From Blastocystis sp. Blastoise (Eukaryota > Protista > Bigyra: Opalinata), in assembly GCA_039096225.1 (NCBI GenBank), contig JBBPEB010000014.1, positions 186,001 to 250,000 on the forward strand: a DNA stretch of 64,000 nucleotides, in the 5' to 3' direction. The notes under the pieces were generated by a model that was given only the letters and a program-made list of their open reading frames with translations, ran no database searches and had not been told where the DNA came from. Positions within the stretch are counted from its first letter, which is position 1; every line of letters begins with the position of its first letter. The position numbers were made by a program, and so were the translations under genes. Shown here one piece after another: positions 59,514-64,000 of the stretch.

Positions 59514-61217
59514 TAGTTTCAAAAGATAAATTTTGTTCATATCCAATAAATTGGATTGTAGTATTGTTCGTAGCCTTTGGATCTTGAAGATCCATTTGAT
59601 TGTTTTCAGGCCATTCAGTAATATGTGCATAGACAACATGATCTTCTTTTCTTTGAGTATAATATACTAATTCCGTTTGATTCTGTTTTCTCCAAGGCGT
59701 TGTTTTATAAATAGCTTCACCATTCACTTGAAGCCATTCTCCCATTTGTATCAATCGTTCCTGAATAATAGGAATAATACGACCATCATCCGTTGGACCC
59801 ACATTAATCAACTAAAAAGAGAGTATATAGAAAATGAAGTTGAAACTATTTATATATATATGATTTTTCTAATAATAATTATTATGATAATTATTATGAG
59901 TGTAATAAATATAATAAATATAATAAATATAATAAATATAATAATAATAAATATAATAAATATAATAAATATAATAATAATCTAATAATATATCTTGATT
60001 TATAATAATACACATAAATAAATATAAATAAATTTCTTCAAACAATCAAGACTATAATAATATTATATATAGTATACTAGATTGCCTCCAAAGGCTACAG
60101 TACTAACAAGTGTTTTAAGAAGATCATGTTCCGATAGGAATCCATTCCCTAAATAATCTTGAGATCGGTCATATCCCCATGTTTTTCTTTGAATAGTCAT
60201 AGCAGCTTCCCATTTATGATGAACTATTTCTCCAGGTTCATATCGATCTGGACCACTATAATATCCACCATGATGTTGAGGACATCCCTTACCCCATCGA
60301 TCATTCACTACAATTGTATCTTTCACAGGAGAATCGTTATATCTATATACAAAACCATATATATATAGAAATAGAAGTATTATATCATCAACAATATTCA
60401 ATATATATCTAATTTATTCAATTAAAATATATATTTAAATAGAACACACTACATAAATACATACAACCATGCTAAGAAATTCAAGCTATCGAAATAAGTA
60501 TCTTGAGCATCCCAATCACCATCAACCCAAAAGACTTCAGGTTTATAAGTATTAACAAGTTCTTTCATTTGAGGTATCATATGTGTATCTGTAAATTCGG
60601 TTGTATTAAATTTATTTGATTTATCTTTTAAATAAATGGGATGATACCATTCATACAAACTGTAATAAGCACCAAACTTCAATCCTTTATTTCGAACAGA
60701 TGTAGCCAATTCACCCAATAAATCTTTATGAGGACCCACATCACCTGAGTTCCAATTCCAAGAATACTTACTTGGCCACATTGTAAACCCTTCATGATGT
60801 TTACTGGTTAACACAACATACTTTGCACCTTTAGATGGATATACATATATTATTACACAATGATTACACTAGTTTTAAATGTATATTAAAGAAAAGGTTA
60901 CCTGATTTTTGAAAAACATCAGCCCAACGATCTGAATCATACATTTCTGCTTTAAATTTATTCGCAAAATCTTGATATTTGAAGTCTGGCCCATATGTTT
61001 TATTATGAAATTTTTGAATTTCTTGATATTTCCCATTATAATAGGCCCAATACCATTCTCCTTGAAATGAAGGAACAGCGTATAGTCCCCAGTGAAGGAA
61101 AATACCAATTTTTGACTCATCAAACCAAGAGGGTAACGGTCTGTTATCCAGTGAATCCCAATTAGGATCGTATGCAGCAGCTATCACAAAAGAAACAAAC
61201 AATAAATATTGAAACAT
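59249..61217 (-). CDS. Alpha-L-fucosidase, GH29, with signal peptide (5 exons)
   Basis: [52 protein letters not shown] and GGNL-LINVGP. Hydrophobic N-terminus [14 protein letters not shown]. Confidence 0.95.
59434..59512. repeat. (TA)n microsatellite at a fucosidase intron donor
   Basis: About 39 TA units immediately after the GT donor on the minus strand. Confidence 0.9.
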
Positions 61218-62565
61218 GACAATAAATAAACAAAAATACTGAAAGGAGAAAAAGAATATAAAAACACAAATAAGATCTTTAAGTACCATATAAATGATAA
61301 TGACTATATTATATCATTTTGGTTATTTGATTTTGTGCATAATTAGGTGATATAAAAAGAAATCTATTTGAGATATAGTCATATGGGGGTAACAACAAAG
61401 AAAACAAACAAGTTTATCAACTTTATTTCCATATTAAACTCTTGTATTTGCGAATACAAGTGATCTATATGTGTCTAAAAAGAAAGTTAAAAAAATATTT
61501 TTTAAAAACAAAGATAAAAAATGAATAATGTGGTTTATCACAAGTTTATTCTACGTCTAATAAATTATATTTTGTGTCATCATTTATAATGATTAGTTTA
61601 TTTAACATACCATTAATTTTCCAAGCCAATTTCAAATGTGTTTGCAAACCTGACAATTATAATAGTATAACAAAAGTAATATAAATAATATAAATATATG
61701 ATATTATATAGAAATAAAAATTATTTTTATAAAAATTTTACGTAATCTTTAAGAAGGTTAAATTCATAAAATAATATTAAAAGAAGTATTCTTTTTTCAG
61801 AGTCTTTCTATTTTATAATTATTAATTTTATTTAATGCATTTATATATTTTTATCAATAGCCATTTATACTATTATCATTATAAATGCCATCATTATTGT
61901 AAAATAATAAAATAAAATGATTCTTATTATGTACGCTTATTTAAAACATTTTGAATTTTACGTAAAAATAAAGAAGAGACTACGCTGACTATTTTCAAAC
62001 AAAAAAATAATTAAAAATAAGTACAACTTCATTGTTGATTATCTAGATTTTATCTACATAGTACTGACTGATATGTTGTTGACTGTAAGACATAGTTTTA
62101 TTTCGGAAAATAATAAAAATCTTATATTTATGGCAAACAGAATAAATTTTGAATTCATAACATTGTTTTTTTTTAAATTTCAAAAATTTATCTTTTAGAT
62201 ATCAACTACAAACCTAATACAAGCAATAATAAGAATAATATATATATCTATTTGAATGATATTCTTATAGAATATAGTTGATTTCATTGAATAAACCTGA
62301 TAAAGGAATTGACCAATAATATTTGAACACCGGGAATCCAGTTTAACAAAGATTAGATGCTATTTTGGGAATCTATAAAAGAATCAGTGTAAAATGAAAA
62401 AACCCAAGAATATTCATATTTATTGAAAGAAAAAGTTTCTCTTTTTTTCCTGAACGAAAAGGAATACTGAAGAATGCCTTCTTTAAGATCTTATATAAGA
62501 TAATCAATTTATTTTCATAAAATATTTTATTTTGTTCTATACATATTTATATAAAAAGTTGAAAG

Positions 62566-63399
62566 ATGAGTTATAATCCCTATGGTAATCAACAATATGG
62601 TGGTGCTGGTGTCTATGGTCAACCTCCTACTGGAAATCAACCTGGACAAGCTATAAATATTCCTGTTGCTAACTATCAAAATCAACAACCTTATGGTCAA
62701 CAACCCCAACAACCCCAACAACCTTATGGTCAACAACCCCAACAACCCCAACAACCTTATGGTCAACAACCCCAACAACCATATGGCCAACAACCTCAAC
62801 AACCTCAACAACCTTATGGTCAACAAACTTATCCTCCTCAAGCCTATCCTCCTCAACCTCAAAATCCTTATGGCCAACCTCCTCAACCTCAAAATCCTTA
62901 TGGTCAACCTCCTCAAGGTCCTCATGGTCCTCATGGTCCTCATCACCATGGTCATAGTCATAGTCCTGATCGTAATCCTGCTAATCCTGGCTACAATAGA
63001 CCTCAAGCTTATCAATTAAGTTATTGTGTTCATATGTCTAATGTTGGTTGGATGAAGGTTACTCCTGAAGGAGCCATTGCCGGTGAAGAAAGATCTTATA
63101 ACCAAATTGAATGTGTTCGTATAAATTATTCTGGTCCTGGTAGAATTATTATGAGAGCTCATGTTCAAGATATTGGTTGGATGAATGAAGTTGTTAATGG
63201 ACAAGAATGTGGTACCACTGGAAAGGGTTATCGTCTTGAAGCTATTTCTATGAGAACTGATGGAATTGTTGGTAAGACCCTTGAATATAGAGTATATATT
63301 GATAAGAGAGGTTGGACTAATTGGTGTAAAAATGGTGAAGTTGCTGGTACTACTGGACAAGGTAAAGAACTTGAAGCTATTCAAATGCGTTTTGTTTAA
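62566..63399 (+). CDS. Intronless protein with a P/Q/Y/G-rich N-terminus and three ChW (clostridial hydrophobic W)-like repeats
   Basis: HMSNVGW...AGEE...IECVRI; RAHVQDIGW...GTTGKGYRLEAISM; YRVYIDKRGW...AGTTGQGKELEAIQM. Confidence 0.85.
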   Translation: MSYNPYGNQQYGGAGVYGQPPTGNQPGQAINIPVANYQNQQPYGQQPQQPQQPYGQQPQQPQQPYGQQPQQPYGQQPQQPQQPYGQQTYPPQAYPPQPQNPYGQPPQPQNPYGQPPQGPHGPHGPHHHGHSHSPDRNPANPGYNRPQAYQLSYCVHMSNVGWMKVTPEGAIAGEERSYNQIECVRINYSGPGRIIMRAHVQDIGWMNEVVNGQECGTTGKGYRLEAISMRTDGIVGKTLEYRVYIDKRGWTNWCKNGEVAGTTGQGKELEAIQMRFV

Positions 63400-63699
63400 T
63401 TTAGTTAAATGTAGTATTGATTCAATACATAACATTCTTACTTTTTTTATTTATTAGTCACATATTATGGTGATTCTTTTTCATAAAAATTTGTTGTTGC
63501 TGCTTGTTTTTTTTTTATTTCTTAGGTTATTTGCTTCTATTTTATATTTGCTACTATCTATAAAAAGGAAAAATCATATTATCTATCTATTGCTATTGTT
63601 TTGTTTTCTTCTTTTAAAAGAAAATTATTATATGCTTTTGAGAAATATTAATGTTGTTTTAAAAGAAATATATTATATATATATAAAAATATATTATAT

Positions 63700-63790
63700 A
63701 TTAAAAAAACCCATATTATATATTTAAAAAAACCCATATTATATATTTAAAAAAGCATTATATATTTAAAAAAACCCATATTATATATTA
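63700..63790 (+). repeat. About 22-bp intergenic tandem repeat (AAAAAAACCCATATTATATATTT)
   Basis: About 4 imperfect copies between convergent genes. Confidence 0.7.
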
Positions 63791-63847
63791 CATACTAAAC
63801 AAAACCAAATGACATATACATATATTCATTTCAAAGACAGTATTAAT

Positions 63848-64000
63848 TTACTTGATTTCTTCTTCAATATCTTCATCAATAAAATATTCTATAACTTCTT
63901 CATCTTGTTCAACTAATTCATCGTTTTCCCATCGACCGGATTCTGTAACACCATCAATAGAGTAATATGTACCTTTCCCACATTTAACATCATTCTTCCA
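63848..64000 (-). CDS. C-terminus of a second MORN-repeat protein (partial)
   Basis: WKNDVKCGKGTYYSIDGVTESGRWENDE followed by an acidic tail and TAA. Confidence 0.7.
   Translation of the reverse strand, partial: WKNDVKCGKGTYYSIDGVTESGRWENDELVEQDEEVIEYFIDEDIEEEIK

Noticed and set aside
61290-62560. Long intergenic gaps as ncRNA or mobile-element candidates (also 640-1740, 40100-41100)
   Set aside because: No tRNA or snRNA structure, terminal repeats or transposase remnants were recognisable by eye. An Infernal scan would be needed to exclude them.

Overview
This is a very AT-rich (roughly 20-25% GC by eye), gene-dense eukaryotic window with short, repeat-filled spliceosomal introns, read in the standard genetic code. 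It is most likely from a Blastocystis-like stramenopile gut protist; that assignment is an inference. About 20 genes can be assembled by hand: a double-C2 protein, a bromodomain protein, a SAP protein, UFL1, OSTC, CLU/Clu1, a CAMK-like kinase, an EF-hand Ca2+/cation antiporter (NCL-like), an Msd1/SSX2IP-like coiled-coil protein, NOPCHAP1-like, condensin CAP-G, two MORN proteins, a SET1-family methyltransferase, urocanate hydratase, a multi-PAS hybrid histidine kinase, NUDT22-like, a GH29 alpha-L-fucosidase and an intronless ChW-repeat protein. Four signals stand out. (1) Six AT-starting minor-spliceosome (U12-type) introns occur in five genes, all with a branch-point-like motif ending exactly 8 nt before the 3' splice site. 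(2) Several splice sites in the urocanase and CLU genes appear overwritten by the base of the adjoining spliced exon. (3) The pure-GC palindrome CCGCGG is strongly over-represented inside exons, in all three reading frames. (4) A bacterial-type ChW domain is fused to a eukaryotic P/Q/Y tail. All gene models were parsed manually and no database searches were run.
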